From: an uncultured Actinomycetes bacterium
Lineage (GTDB): Bacteria > Actinomycetota > Actinomycetes > S36-B12 > CAIYMF01
Reading direction: 5' to 3'
NCBI GenBank assembly: GCA_963700455.1
Contig: CAVOXP010000002.1
Span: 152,011-216,010, forward strand
DNA length: 64,000 nucleotides
The notes beneath the pieces were generated by a model that did not search any database, was not told the origin of the DNA, and saw only the letters and a program-made list of their open reading frames with translations. Below, piece after piece: positions 40,899-50,919 of this stretch. The position numbers and the translations under genes were made by a program. Every line of letters starts with the position of its first letter. The stretch's first letter is position 1.

Positions 40899-41008
40899 CG
40901 GAACATCCTAGGACGCCGGCCGCCGCTCGGGGCATGCCGCCGGCCAGGCACCGGCCCAGCGCGCTTCACGATGGCCGGGGGGAGGCGTTCGTATGGCACA
41001 GTGTCGGC

Positions 41009-41785
41009 ATGCGCTCGATCCTCGTGGCCATCCCGGCCCTCAATGAGGCGTCGACGATCGGGGCCGTGATCCACGAGGTGCGCGCTGCGGTCCCGCGCGC
41101 GGACATCCTGGTCGTCGATGATGGCTCGGCCGACCGCACGGGGGCCGTCGCGCGATCCCACGGGGCGAGCGTCCTGACACTGCCCTTCAACGTCGGCGTG
41201 GGCGGTGCGATGCGCACCGCCTTCCTGTACGCCAACCGCCACGACTACGACGCCGTGGTCCAGGTGGACGCCGATGGCCAGCACGTCCCGGCCCACATCC
41301 CCGACCTGCTCGACGGCCTGGGTGAGGCCTCCGTCGTCCTGGGATCCCGCTTCACCGACGGCGGGTACTCGGTCCGCGGTCCGCGGCGCTGGGCGATGCG
41401 GATGCTCGCCCGCTCCCTGAGCAGGGCGTGCGGAACGCCGCTGACCGACACCACCTCCGGCTTCCGCGCCGTCGATCGCCGGGCCATCGCCCTGTTCGCG
41501 CGTCACTACCCGGCCGAGTACCTCGGCGACACGGTCGAGTCGCTCGTCATCGCCAGCCGGGCCGGCCTCCAGATCCGGGAGGTCGGGGTCCCGATGCGCG
41601 CACGGCAGGGCGGCTCCGCCAGCCAATCACCCGTCCGGGCCGGCCTCCACCTGGGCCGCGCCATGATGGCGCTCTACGTGGCCCTGGGCACGCGACCCGT
41701 CGAGGTTCCTGACCTCCAGAGCGCGCCACTTGGGGCGGCCGCACAGGGCGCCGCCCTGGACCGTCGCCCTCGCCCTGCGGCATGA
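41009..41785 (+). CDS. Family 2 glycosyltransferase
   Basis: ORF trimmed to ATG 41009 (MRSILVAIPALNE). Motifs VVDDGSADRT, VQVDADGQH and SGFRA. Confidence 0.85.
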   Translation: MRSILVAIPALNEASTIGAVIHEVRAAVPRADILVVDDGSADRTGAVARSHGASVLTLPFNVGVGGAMRTAFLYANRHDYDAVVQVDADGQHVPAHIPDLLDGLGEASVVLGSRFTDGGYSVRGPRRWAMRMLARSLSRACGTPLTDTTSGFRAVDRRAIALFARHYPAEYLGDTVESLVIASRAGLQIREVGVPMRARQGGSASQSPVRAGLHLGRAMMALYVALGTRPVEVPDLQSAPLGAAAQGAALDRRPRPAA

Positions 41786-42177
41786 GCCCGAACTGGCTCG
41801 GCGTCGCAGCCGCCGTCCTCATGACCATGACCGTCGCCGAGTTGCTGCGCCGGGGCATCCTGCGTGAGCGATTCGCGGCGGTGTGGCTCGGCGTGTGCGC
41901 CGTGCTCGTCGTCCTGGCGCTGTTCCCCGAGCTGCTCAGGACGGCGGCTGACGCACTCGGCTTCGAAGTGCCCTCCAACCTGCTGTTCTTCGCCTCTATC
42001 ATCTTCCTGCTGCTCGTGACCCTGCAGCTGAGTCACGAGGTCTCACGGCTGGAGGCCCGCACCAGGCGACTGGCGGAGGACCTCGCTCTCCTGGCCGACG
42101 AGGTGCAGGGACTCGACCACGACATGGACCGACCGCTGCGGCCCGGCCAAGGGGAGGCACACGATGGCAACCGATGA
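41782..42177 (+). CDS. DUF2304 small membrane protein
   Basis: 131 aa with three TM helices followed by a coiled coil. ATGA overlap with the preceding GT2 gene, the usual GT2/DUF2304 pairing. Confidence 0.75.
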   Translation: MSPNWLGVAAAVLMTMTVAELLRRGILRERFAAVWLGVCAVLVVLALFPELLRTAADALGFEVPSNLLFFASIIFLLLVTLQLSHEVSRLEARTRRLAEDLALLADEVQGLDHDMDRPLRPGQGEAHDGNR

Positions 42178-43501
42178 CGGCGCAAGGGATCCGCAGGGTT
42201 CCGGGAGCGACGCGGGGACCGGTGCACCAGACCGGACTGCGTCCGATCCGGGCACCGTGCCTGCGCGGGCATCGGGGGATGACGCCGACGTCAAGCTGTC
42301 CAACTTCCCGTGGGCCATCACCGACGGCCCGGAATCCCGGGCCCTGCCCCCGTGGTTCCGGCGCGCGGTCGTCCTCGTGCTCAGCCTGGCGATCCTCTCC
42401 CAGATCGCAGTGTGGGCGTTCGGCCAGCTCACCTCGTTCTGGTACACCATCTTCTTCGCCTTCTTCCTCGGCATCGCCATCGAGCCGCTGGTCAACAGGC
42501 TCGCGCGCAAGGGCCTGCGACGAGGCGTGGGGACGTTCCTGGTCATGGGTGGCCTGATCGTGGCCGCGGTGGCGTTCTTCCTCGTGTTCGGGCAGTTGTT
42601 CGCCGAACAGCTGGCGGCCCTGATCCGGAGCATCCCGGACACGTTGGCTGCGATCATCGATTGGGTCAACACGACGTTCGGAACCCAGTTCGACCCCGAG
42701 TCGATCCTGACGACGCTCGGCATCGAGACGGGCGACCTGGCCAAGGTTGCCGCGGACATCGGTGTGAGCCTGCTCAGCATCCTCGGCACAGCCGTCGGGT
42801 GGGTCTTCAGCTTCTTCACCGTGATGCTGTTCACCTTCTACTTCGCCGCAGACGGGCCGCACTTCCGTCGAGCGATCGCATCGTGGCTGCCCCCCACGCG
42901 CCAGCGCACCTTCCTCACCGTCTGGGACATCTCGACGGAGAAGGCGGGCAGCTACGTCATCTCCCGCGGGATCCTGGCGTTGATCAGCTCGATCTTCCAC
43001 GGCGTGGTCTTCTACTTCATCGACCTGCCCTACTGGCTGCCCCTGGCGATGTGGGTGGGCCTGGTCTCCCAGTTCATCCCGACCATCGGAACGTACCTGG
43101 CCGGGGCACTCCCGATCGTGGTCGCACTGGTTGCCTCCGGCCCGGCGCTGGCCCTGGTGGTCCTCGTCGCGGTGACCCTGTACCAACAGGTGGAGAACTA
43201 CCTCGTCTCACCCCGGGTGACGCGCAACACCCTGGAGATCCACCCGGCCGTGGCGTTCGGCTCGGTGATCGTCGGGGCGTCGCTCTTCGGTACCACCGGG
43301 GCCCTGCTGGCCATCCCGGTGGTTGCCACGATCCAGTCCGTCATCACGACCTACGGCCGGCGCTACACCCTGATCGACGAGTTCGCCCCCAGCCGGGGCG
43401 CGTCCGACGCCGACCGGATCGATGCCGCGATCCGGGCCTCGGACGCGGGATTCGGGCCGCCAGCAGCCGGCTCCGGCCGGGCGGGCACACCCTCGACGTG
43501 A
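42164..43501 (+). CDS. AI-2E family transporter (PerM-type)
   Basis: 445 aa, polytopic. Family-typical segments FFLGIAIEPLVNRL and LLAIPVVATIQ. 14-nt overlap with the DUF2304 gene. Confidence 0.85.
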   Translation: MATDDGARDPQGSGSDAGTGAPDRTASDPGTVPARASGDDADVKLSNFPWAITDGPESRALPPWFRRAVVLVLSLAILSQIAVWAFGQLTSFWYTIFFAFFLGIAIEPLVNRLARKGLRRGVGTFLVMGGLIVAAVAFFLVFGQLFAEQLAALIRSIPDTLAAIIDWVNTTFGTQFDPESILTTLGIETGDLAKVAADIGVSLLSILGTAVGWVFSFFTVMLFTFYFAADGPHFRRAIASWLPPTRQRTFLTVWDISTEKAGSYVISRGILALISSIFHGVVFYFIDLPYWLPLAMWVGLVSQFIPTIGTYLAGALPIVVALVASGPALALVVLVAVTLYQQVENYLVSPRVTRNTLEIHPAVAFGSVIVGASLFGTTGALLAIPVVATIQSVITTYGRRYTLIDEFAPSRGASDADRIDAAIRASDAGFGPPAAGSGRAGTPST

Positions 43502-43541
43502 GGCCGGCGGGCGGCCCCGAGCGGTGCCGTCGACCGGATGG

Positions 43542-44150
43542 GTGCCGGTGAACGACCGGCAGCTGCTGTCCCGTCACCCGGTGGACGCCGCACCCCTGCT
43601 GCTCGGGGCGCACCTCACGAGCCGGATCGCCGACACCGTCACCATCCGGATCACCGAGGTGGAGGCCTACGCCGGGATCGGACAGGACCCCGGTTCGCAC
43701 GCCCATCGCCGGCGGACCCGGCGCAACGCGTCGATGTTCGGCGCGCCCGGGCACGCGTACGTGTACTTCACGTACGGGATGCACTGGTGCGTCAACGTCG
43801 TCGCGCACCCCGCGGGCGAGGCAGGGGCGGTGCTCATCCGCGCCGGAGAGGTGGTCGAGGGCATCGGGGCCGCACGTCTCCGGCGGCCGGCGGCCCGCAC
43901 GGACCGCGACCTGGCGCGGGGTCCAGCGCGGCTGGCCGCGGCCCTGGGCGTCACCGGCATGCAGGACGGGACGGACCTGCTGGACCCGGGGGCTCCCCTG
44001 ACGCTCACGGGGGTGGGCAGCAGCGGCCCCCAACCGGCACCGACCGCCGGCACCCGCACCGGCATCTCAGGGGCGGGTGCCGACCTGCCGTGGCGGTTCT
44101 GGCTGCCCGGTGAGCCGACCGTCAGCCCGCACCGCCCGGTCCGGACGTGA
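43542..44150 (+). CDS. mpg: DNA-3-methyladenine glycosylase (Mpg/AAG family)
   Basis: ORF 43422..44150. In-frame GTGs at 43542 and 43548. Motifs EVEAY..I.DPGSHA, GAPGHAYVYFTYGMHWCVNVV and LIRAGE. Confidence 0.88.
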   Translation: MPVNDRQLLSRHPVDAAPLLLGAHLTSRIADTVTIRITEVEAYAGIGQDPGSHAHRRRTRRNASMFGAPGHAYVYFTYGMHWCVNVVAHPAGEAGAVLIRAGEVVEGIGAARLRRPAARTDRDLARGPARLAAALGVTGMQDGTDLLDPGAPLTLTGVGSSGPQPAPTAGTRTGISGAGADLPWRFWLPGEPTVSPHRPVRT

Positions 44151-44295
44151 CCCCTCACGCCACGAGGTGGTTGCCTGCGGCTATGCACCCCCTAAGGGAC
44201 CCCGAACAGTGCCGCCGGGCCCCGAGCAGGGGTTCCTGAGCACCCGCACCACTCCGTTACGCTCTGAGCGTGCATCGTGACGCGTCAGGGTCCGG

Positions 44296-45579
44296 GTGGG
44301 ATGGGCGTTACTGGGCGAACCGCCCAGGCGGCTGGGGATGGCCGCGGGCGCGGCCCTGACCGCAAGCGCGCTGCTGGTGATCCCGGTGGCGCCGGCATCT
44401 GCGGCGGGCCGACCGATCACGCCGGAGTCGGTCGGGATCCAGGACGACCTGGCCCGACCCAATGATCCCGGCGCATGGGGCTCGGCGCGGATGTACGCCA
44501 AGTGGTGCCAGGTGCAACGGTCGGCTGGGTCGGACCCGACGACCGCCGCCGAGGACGTGCTGGGCAGGGTGTTCCGGACCCATCGGGACATGGGGGTCAC
44601 CCGGCTGACCGTCTCCTTCGGGCACCCGGCGCCCTGGCTGTTCAACAACCATCCGGCGGCCCTGGCGAAGAGCAACAAGCGGATCTGGTTCTGTGGGGGA
44701 GCGGCCGCGGGTGGGTCCTTCCCCTCCGTCGCCATGCTCCGCTCGACGACCACCCGCTCGGCATACGAGGCCTACGTCGCCGGGGTCATCACCGCTGGCA
44801 AGCAGTACCTCGATGCGAACCCCGCGAACAAGCTCGTCCTGCAGGCGTGGAACGAGCCGAACCTGCTCAACGGGGGTGCCCCGACGAAGAAGATCCCCGG
44901 GGCTGCCCGCACGTGGAAGCAGGTGTCGGACTCCCTGCGGGAGCAGGAGCGCATCCTGCGCGCGGTCGCGTCCACGATGATCCCGGGACGGTTCGAGATC
45001 ACGACTCCCTCGATCTACGGGAAGAAGTCGACGCTCAACACGTACTACCTGAGGGCTCAGGCGAAGAAGCGGACCGTCGACAGCATCTCAATGAACTTCT
45101 ACACGCTGCGCCAGAAGTCGGTCAACAAGTCCCTGTCGCTGTGGAAGGGCAAGGCCGCCAGGGCCAAGAAGCTGGTCACTCGGCACAAGAAGCTGCGCAA
45201 GCTCCCGATCTGGATCACGGAGACCAACCACAACCTGATCAACGGGATCCCCAACCGGGGGAACGTGACGGGCTTCTGGGCCACCCCGAGGGTTCAGAAG
45301 CGCCTGGTCGAGGTGACGACCATGGAGGCCATGCGGCAGGGCTACGCAGGCATCCAGTGGTACCAGGGCAGTCCGGAGCAGACGGCGGTCAACGTCATGT
45401 CGGGCACGGTTGCCACCAAGGCGTCCACGGCCCTGATGGGGCAGCTCGTCGGTCGCCGCGTGACCAAGTGCAAGGTGACCAGGTCGACGACGACGTGCAC
45501 CTTGAGCGGTCGGCCGGGGAGCGGGGCGATCAAGGTGTCCTGGTCGAAGAACGGCAGCGCGGGCGTCTCTGTCCGGTAG
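44296..45579 (+). CDS. Secreted glycoside hydrolase, clan GH-A (TIM-barrel) type
   Basis: Signal sequence with a twin-Arg-like PRRLGMAAGAALTASALLVIPVAPASA. Candidate acid/base motif QAWNEPN and nucleophile motif IWITETN. Lys-rich and lower-GC than the backbone (one 60-nt line hand-counted at 57%). Confidence 0.6.
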   Translation: MGWALLGEPPRRLGMAAGAALTASALLVIPVAPASAAGRPITPESVGIQDDLARPNDPGAWGSARMYAKWCQVQRSAGSDPTTAAEDVLGRVFRTHRDMGVTRLTVSFGHPAPWLFNNHPAALAKSNKRIWFCGGAAAGGSFPSVAMLRSTTTRSAYEAYVAGVITAGKQYLDANPANKLVLQAWNEPNLLNGGAPTKKIPGAARTWKQVSDSLREQERILRAVASTMIPGRFEITTPSIYGKKSTLNTYYLRAQAKKRTVDSISMNFYTLRQKSVNKSLSLWKGKAARAKKLVTRHKKLRKLPIWITETNHNLINGIPNRGNVTGFWATPRVQKRLVEVTTMEAMRQGYAGIQWYQGSPEQTAVNVMSGTVATKASTALMGQLVGRRVTKCKVTRSTTTCTLSGRPGSGAIKVSWSKNGSAGVSVR

Positions 45580-45592
45580 TGCGGCCGGGCTG

Positions 45593-47808
45593 TCACGCCG
45601 TGGCAGGGGGGCGCGCGCGGCGAACCAGCAACGCGGCGCGCCTGCGGAGCGCGCGACCAGGGATGAGCTGCACGCGTCCTGAACGACTCGGGGCCAGCAC
45701 CCACCGCCCTCCCGCCCTCAGGGGCAGGGGGCGCGGCGTGGCGAGGTCGACGCGCCCGATGGCGCGCAGCGAACGCCCCAGCCCGAGCGACACCAGCAGC
45801 GGGCCATCCCGGCGCAGGGCGGGGTCGGCCAGTGCGGCAGCGTCCCAGGCAAGGCTCGCGGGGACCACCCAGCACGACTCGAACCAGCGGCCGGGCCCGG
45901 CGGCGCGCAGGGTGCCCACCTGACGTGCGCCGTCCCGGGTCCGCACGGCCACCGGGATGACCGACGCTGCGTCCAGTTCGAGGCCTGCGAGCTCCAGGGA
46001 CAACTCAACGTCGGAGGTCTCAGGGCCGCTGCCGACGAGGCGCGCGCGCATCCGGACCTGCTGGCTGACGACCGTGACGACCTCACCGATCCGGAACGCG
46101 CGCCCCACCCGGCTGGACGTCCAGGACTGCCCGATCCGCGGGTGTCCGACGCGGGACGCCGCCTTCATCCGGGGCGACCATGACCAGGTCCGCGCCGGTC
46201 AGTGCCACGGACACGGGCAGGCCGGGCCCCACCACGGGCACCTCCTGACCCGATCGGACCTCTGCGCGCAGCGCCGCGCCGACCGGCCACCCCCCGACGA
46301 GCGGCCACTGCAGCGTCGCCGTCACATCCCGGGCACCCGAGGATCCCTCGCCGGGCACGAGGTCCGTCCCGGTCTCGGGCCGGCCCTCGATCCCGAGGAT
46401 CACCGGAGCCCTCCCGGGGCCGAGGGCGACGGCGGAGACCTCCAACCCGTCGCGCCGCATGCGGAGGTCCTCGACCAGCAGCGCGCCCGCCGGGACGTGG
46501 ACCCTGCCCGCGACGGCGTCCGCCAGGGCCAGCCACTGGGCGGCGACCGACTCGGGACGCAGGTGCTCCACGGAGGCCGGCCCGGCCGCGGACATGCGCT
46601 GCCAGGCCTGCAGGTCGGTGAGGGCCTCCACGAGCGCAGTGGCGAGCGCGCCGACCGAGCCGTTGCGCACCAGCCGACCGTTGGCGCCGTCGGCCACCAG
46701 TTCGGCGGGGCCGTAGTCGACGTCGTAGGAGACGACCGGCGTGCCCACGGCGAGGCTCTCCGCGACGGCCAGGCCGAAGCCCTCCCTGCGTGAGGTCATG
46801 AGCGAGGCACCTGCGGACGCAAGCACGCGCGCGGGCTCCTCGGTGAACCCCTCGAACGTGACCGCCCCACCGAGGTCCAGCTCGTCGCGCACGGCGATCA
46901 GGCGGTCCAGGTCGGGCCCCCGCCCGTAGACCGCCAGGTGCAGGTCCGGGAGGGACGCGACGAGCCCGCGCGACAGCCCGGATCGCGTGATCGACCCGCT
47001 TGAAGGGGTCGAGACGACCGAGCTGGACCACGAGCATCGGGTCCCGCTGCGGCGGATCCGGCAGGTCCACGGGGTCGAGCATGTTGGGGATGACCGTCAC
47101 CTCGAGACCCGGAACGTCCTGTGCGAGGTGCTCGGCCTGCCGGCGCGTCGGGGCCACGACGGCGTCGGCGGCCGCGGCATAGGGCAGGAACCGGCCGGAG
47201 AGGCTTCGGCGTGCCCGCGGGGCCCTGGTAGATGGACCTCGGGGCCACGACGCCCTCCGCGGTGTCCACCCGGCCGCCGGCCCCGCGGTGGGCCAGGTGC
47301 ACGGTCATCACCTTGCCGACGAAGGGGTTGCGCATCTTCGCGACCGGCGCGTAGGTGACCGGGGAGTCGGCGAACACGACGACGCCCGGCGTGCGGCCCA
47401 CGAGCCAGTCGAGCCAGTCCGCGACGCGGTCGTCGCGCGTGAACGTGCCGTCGGTCTTCCGGCTCCAGGAGGGGCGGAAGCCTCGGTTGCGACGCTGGTA
47501 GTGGTGGACTGACGTCCCGCGGGCAGCCAGCCCCTCGATCGCCAGGCAGCCAGCGTCTCGTCGATCTCCGGCTGCGGGTGGATCGTCGCGATGTGGGTGT
47601 CCCAGCCGGCGTCGTGGAAGACCGCGAGCCGTCGCAGCCAGGCGCGGGTGAGGCCGCCCTTCTGCTCGCGAAGGTTGCTGAAGACGAACAGCGCCACGGG
47701 GCGGCCAGTGAGATCCGGTCGGGTCGGGGGCACGGGGCTGAGGATATCGGCAGCCCATGGTCGGGCCCCGCGACTCCAGCCCGATGTGGTCCCGGGATCG
47801 CGTTCCAA
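45593..47808 (-). pseudogene. Family 4 glycosyltransferase with C-terminal extension, broken into at least five frames
   Basis: Consecutive pieces lie in different frames. N-terminus [23 protein letters not shown] (47308..47808). Then VADWLDWLVGRTPGVVVFADSP (46898..47893 frame). Then QAEHLAQDVPGLEVTVIPNMLD...LGRLDPFKRVDHAI (46165..47157 frame). Then the GT1-type core FEGFTEE..SRREGFGLAVAESLAVGTPVVS (46083..46892). Finally the tail in 45593..46168. Confidence 0.7.
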
Positions 47809-47904
47809 AGAACTTCTTCACATCTTCTGCATCCGGTTCGGGCCTTCTGTCCGAATACCCGGATGAGAGCCGCAACCGGCGGCTCACCACCATCAGGAGA
47901 ACCC

Positions 47905-48480
47905 ATGAGCATCAAGATCGCCGCGGCCGGCAGCATCGCCGCCCTCGTGTTCCTCGCCGGCTGTTCCAGCAACAGCGACGAGGCGACCCCCGCCGAGACC
48001 ACGTCAGCCCCCGCGGCCACCCCCTCGGCCTCTGAGAGCGCGATGGAGCCCGGCACGATCGTCGAGGTCGCCTCGGCCAACCCCGACTTCAGCACCCTCG
48101 TGGCCGCGGTGGACGCCGCCGGCCTCGTCGAGACCCTCTCCGGCGAGGGCCCGTTCACGGTGTTCGCGCCGACCAACGAGGCGTTCGCCGCCCTGCCCGA
48201 GGGCCTGCTCGACGCCCTCCTGCTCCCGGAGAACAAGGACGCCCTGACCTCGATCCTGACCTACCACGTGGTCTCCGGTGAGGTCATGGCCGCCGACGTC
48301 ACCGCCGGCGACGTTGCCACGGTCGAGGGCTCCACGATCGCCATCACCACCGACGGTGGCGTCAAGGTCAACGACGCCAACGTCATCGCCACCGATGTCG
48401 ATGCCTCCAACGGCGTGATCCACGTCATCGACGCCGTGATCGTCCCGCCGACGGTCGACGCAGCGGCGCTGCTCGGCTGA
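47905..48480 (+). CDS. Fasciclin-domain lipoprotein (MPB70/MPT83-like)
   Basis: ATG 47905 follows AGGAGA. Lipobox LAGC. FAS1 motifs [11 protein letters not shown] and VIHVIDAVI. Confidence 0.9.
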   Translation: MSIKIAAAGSIAALVFLAGCSSNSDEATPAETTSAPAATPSASESAMEPGTIVEVASANPDFSTLVAAVDAAGLVETLSGEGPFTVFAPTNEAFAALPEGLLDALLLPENKDALTSILTYHVVSGEVMAADVTAGDVATVEGSTIAITTDGGVKVNDANVIATDVDASNGVIHVIDAVIVPPTVDAAALLG

Positions 48481-48502
48481 GCCGCACGCACCCAGCACGA
48501 AC

Positions 48503-48539
48503 AGGGACCCGCCCAGTCCACGGACTCGGGCGGGTCCCT
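48503..48539. terminator. Long GC hairpin between convergent genes (bidirectional terminator candidate)
   Basis: AGGGACCCGCCC (48503-48514) pairs perfectly with GGGCGGGTCCCT (48528-48539). Inner pairing AGTCC/GGACT also occurs. It lies between the fasciclin and ppk2 stop codons. Confidence 0.6.
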
Positions 48540-48555
48540 CGCGTGCGTCTGGGGA

Positions 48556-49536
48556 TCAGCCGGTGGCGATCAGTGCTCGCCCTCCCGCTGGCGGGGCTGG
48601 TCCCCCGCCTCGGCGGCGATCTCGAGGCTTGCGGGCGTGGTCGGGCACGAATGTCTGGGTGTCGCGGGGCGGCCGGATGTAGCCGGTGGTCGGCGGGCGG
48701 TGCGGCAGGTCGAGCCGCGGCTTGTCGACGTACGTGTACGGGATCGTGCTCAGCAGGTGGTGGATGGCGTTGAGCCGCGCGCGCCGCTTGTCGTCGGACT
48801 CCACCACGTACCAGGGCGCGGTCAGCGTGTCGGTGTGGACGAACATGTCGTCCTTGGCGCGCGAGTAGTCCTCCCAGCGGGTGATCGACTCGAGGTCCAT
48901 CGGCGAGAGCTTCCAGCGGCGCATCGGATCGTCGAGGCGGGAGCGGAAGCGCGCCTCCTGCTCCTCGTCGGAGACGCTGAACCAGTACTTGCGCAGCATG
49001 ATGCCGTCCTCGACCAGCATCCGCTCGAAGATCGGGGCCTGGTGCAGGAACCGCCGGTACTCCTCCGGCGTGCAGAAGCCCATGACCCGCTCGACCCCCG
49101 CCCGGTTGTACCAGGAGCGGTCGAAGAGCGTGATCTCCCCTGCGGCCGGCAGGTGCGGGACGTAGCGCTGGAAGTACCACTGCGACTGCTCGCGCTCGGT
49201 GGGGGCCGGCAGGGCGACGATGCGCGCGACGCGGGGGTTGAGGTACTGGGCGACCCGCTTGATGGTGCCGCCCTTGCCGGCGGCGTCGCGCCCCTCGAAG
49301 ATCACCACGAGCCGCGCCCCGGTGGTGCGCACCCACTCCTGCATCTCGACGAGCTCGGCCTGCAGGCGGAACAGCTCGATCTCGTAGAGCTTCTTGTTCA
49401 CGCGCCTGACCTTGCGGCGCGCGGAGGCCTCCTCGGCCTCGACCGGCTTGCGCAGCGGCGCACCCTCCTCGAGCAGCGCCTCGAACTGCTGGTCGGACAT
49501 CTCCTCGACGTGGGCCTTCTTGCTCTTCTTCGCCAT
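48556..49536 (-). CDS. ppk2: Polyphosphate kinase 2
   Basis: ORF trimmed to MAKKSKKAHVEE (ATG 49534-49536). Walker A FEGRDAAGKGG, lid motif SWYNRAGVERV and RW.LSP.D. Confidence 0.92.
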   Translation of the reverse strand: MAKKSKKAHVEEMSDQQFEALLEEGAPLRKPVEAEEASARRKVRRVNKKLYEIELFRLQAELVEMQEWVRTTGARLVVIFEGRDAAGKGGTIKRVAQYLNPRVARIVALPAPTEREQSQWYFQRYVPHLPAAGEITLFDRSWYNRAGVERVMGFCTPEEYRRFLHQAPIFERMLVEDGIMLRKYWFSVSDEEQEARFRSRLDDPMRRWKLSPMDLESITRWEDYSRAKDDMFVHTDTLTAPWYVVESDDKRRARLNAIHHLLSTIPYTYVDKPRLDLPHRPPTTGYIRPPRDTQTFVPDHARKPRDRRRGGGPAPPAGGRALIATG

Positions 49537-49596
49537 GGGAGGCAGCGTATCCAGCAGACGACGCGGAACCCGCCGCGTGAGTGCGACGATGGGTCC

Positions 49597-50910
49597 ATGG
49601 TTGAGCAGATCCCCCGGGTTCCCGGGCTGCCGGTCCTGGGCAACACCATGGAGTTCCTCCGCGACGCGCGCGGGCTGGTGCTGCGCGGGCAGGCTGCCCA
49701 CGGCGACGCCTTCGGCGTGCAGGTCCTCGGCCAGCCGGTCACGGTGCTGCTGGGCCCGGAGGCGACCCGACAGGTGTACATCGACCGCGCGGAGAACTTC
49801 TCCAGCGAGCTGGGCTGGTCGTTCACGATCGGCCCGCTGTTCGCCCGCGGCCTGATGCTGCGCGACTTCGAGGACCACCGGCTGCACCGACGGGTGATGC
49901 AGCACGCCTTCCGACGGGCGGCCCTCGCCGGCTACATGGAGCGGGTCAACGCCCTGGCCCGCGAGCACGTGGCGGCCGCCGTGGCCAGCGGGGGCCCCGA
50001 CGGGATCGACGTGTACCGGATGACCAAGCGGCTGACGCTGGACATCGCCACCCAGGTGTTCGTCGGCGTCGACCTCGGCCCGCAGGCCGACCTGGTCAAC
50101 GACTCCTTCGTGGCGATGATGCGGGCCTCCGTCTCACCGCTGCGCCGGGACATCCCCGGCACGCCCTACGCCCGTGGGCTGGCAGCCCGCCGCAGGCTCA
50201 CGGGCCTGTTGACCGAGCTGGTCGAGGAACGGCGGGCGCAGCCCGAGGGGGCCGACCTGCTGTCGCGGCTCTGCCACGCGACCACGGAGGACGGTCGGGC
50301 CCTCGAGGTCGACGAGGTGGTCGACCACATGGTCTTCCTGCTGCTCGCGGCGCACGACACGACCACCGCGACGCTGACCGTCATGCTCTGGCACCTGTCC
50401 CAGCAGCCGGCGTGGCAGGAGCGGGTGGCCGAGGAGGCCACCGCCCTGGCTGGTGGCGACGTCACGATCGACAACTACAAGGACCTGGGCGCCACCGAGC
50501 TGGTCATGAAGGAGGCGTTGCGCCTCAGCCCGCCGGTGCCGTTCTCGCCCCGCGGGGTGCTGCGCGACTGCGAGGTCGCCGGCGTGCCCCTGGCCGCCGG
50601 GTCGATGATCACGCTCTCCAGCCTGGGGCTGCACCGGCACCCGGACTGGTGGACCAGCCCCGACGACTTCGACCCCGAGCGGTTCGCGCCCGAGCGCGCC
50701 GAGGATCGCGCGCACTCGCACCTGTACGTGCCGTTCGGCGGCGGGGCGCACATCTGCCTGGGCAACCACCTGGCCGAGCTGATGACCAAGGCGGTCATGG
50801 CCGCCGTGCTCGCCGAGCACCGGGTCGCCGCCCGCCCGGGCCAGCGCATGGAGATGGCGGCGGTGCCGATCCCCAAGCCGCGCGGCGGGCTGGTGCTGAC
50901 CCTGGCGTGA
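49597..50910 (+). CDS. Cytochrome P450
   Basis: ORF trimmed to ATG 49597 (MVEQIPRVPGLPVLGN). ExxR motif (EALRL) and heme-thiolate loop FGGGAHICLG. Confidence 0.92.
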   Translation: MVEQIPRVPGLPVLGNTMEFLRDARGLVLRGQAAHGDAFGVQVLGQPVTVLLGPEATRQVYIDRAENFSSELGWSFTIGPLFARGLMLRDFEDHRLHRRVMQHAFRRAALAGYMERVNALAREHVAAAVASGGPDGIDVYRMTKRLTLDIATQVFVGVDLGPQADLVNDSFVAMMRASVSPLRRDIPGTPYARGLAARRRLTGLLTELVEERRAQPEGADLLSRLCHATTEDGRALEVDEVVDHMVFLLLAAHDTTTATLTVMLWHLSQQPAWQERVAEEATALAGGDVTIDNYKDLGATELVMKEALRLSPPVPFSPRGVLRDCEVAGVPLAAGSMITLSSLGLHRHPDWWTSPDDFDPERFAPERAEDRAHSHLYVPFGGGAHICLGNHLAELMTKAVMAAVLAEHRVAARPGQRMEMAAVPIPKPRGGLVLTLA

Positions 50911-50919
50911 CCCGGACTG

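Noticed and set aside
40899-41008. Rifamycin-associated element upstream of helD
   Set aside because: Only a short palindrome, GGCATGCC, with imperfect flanks is visible. I cannot match it to the RAE consensus from memory, so it is left as a check rather than a feature.
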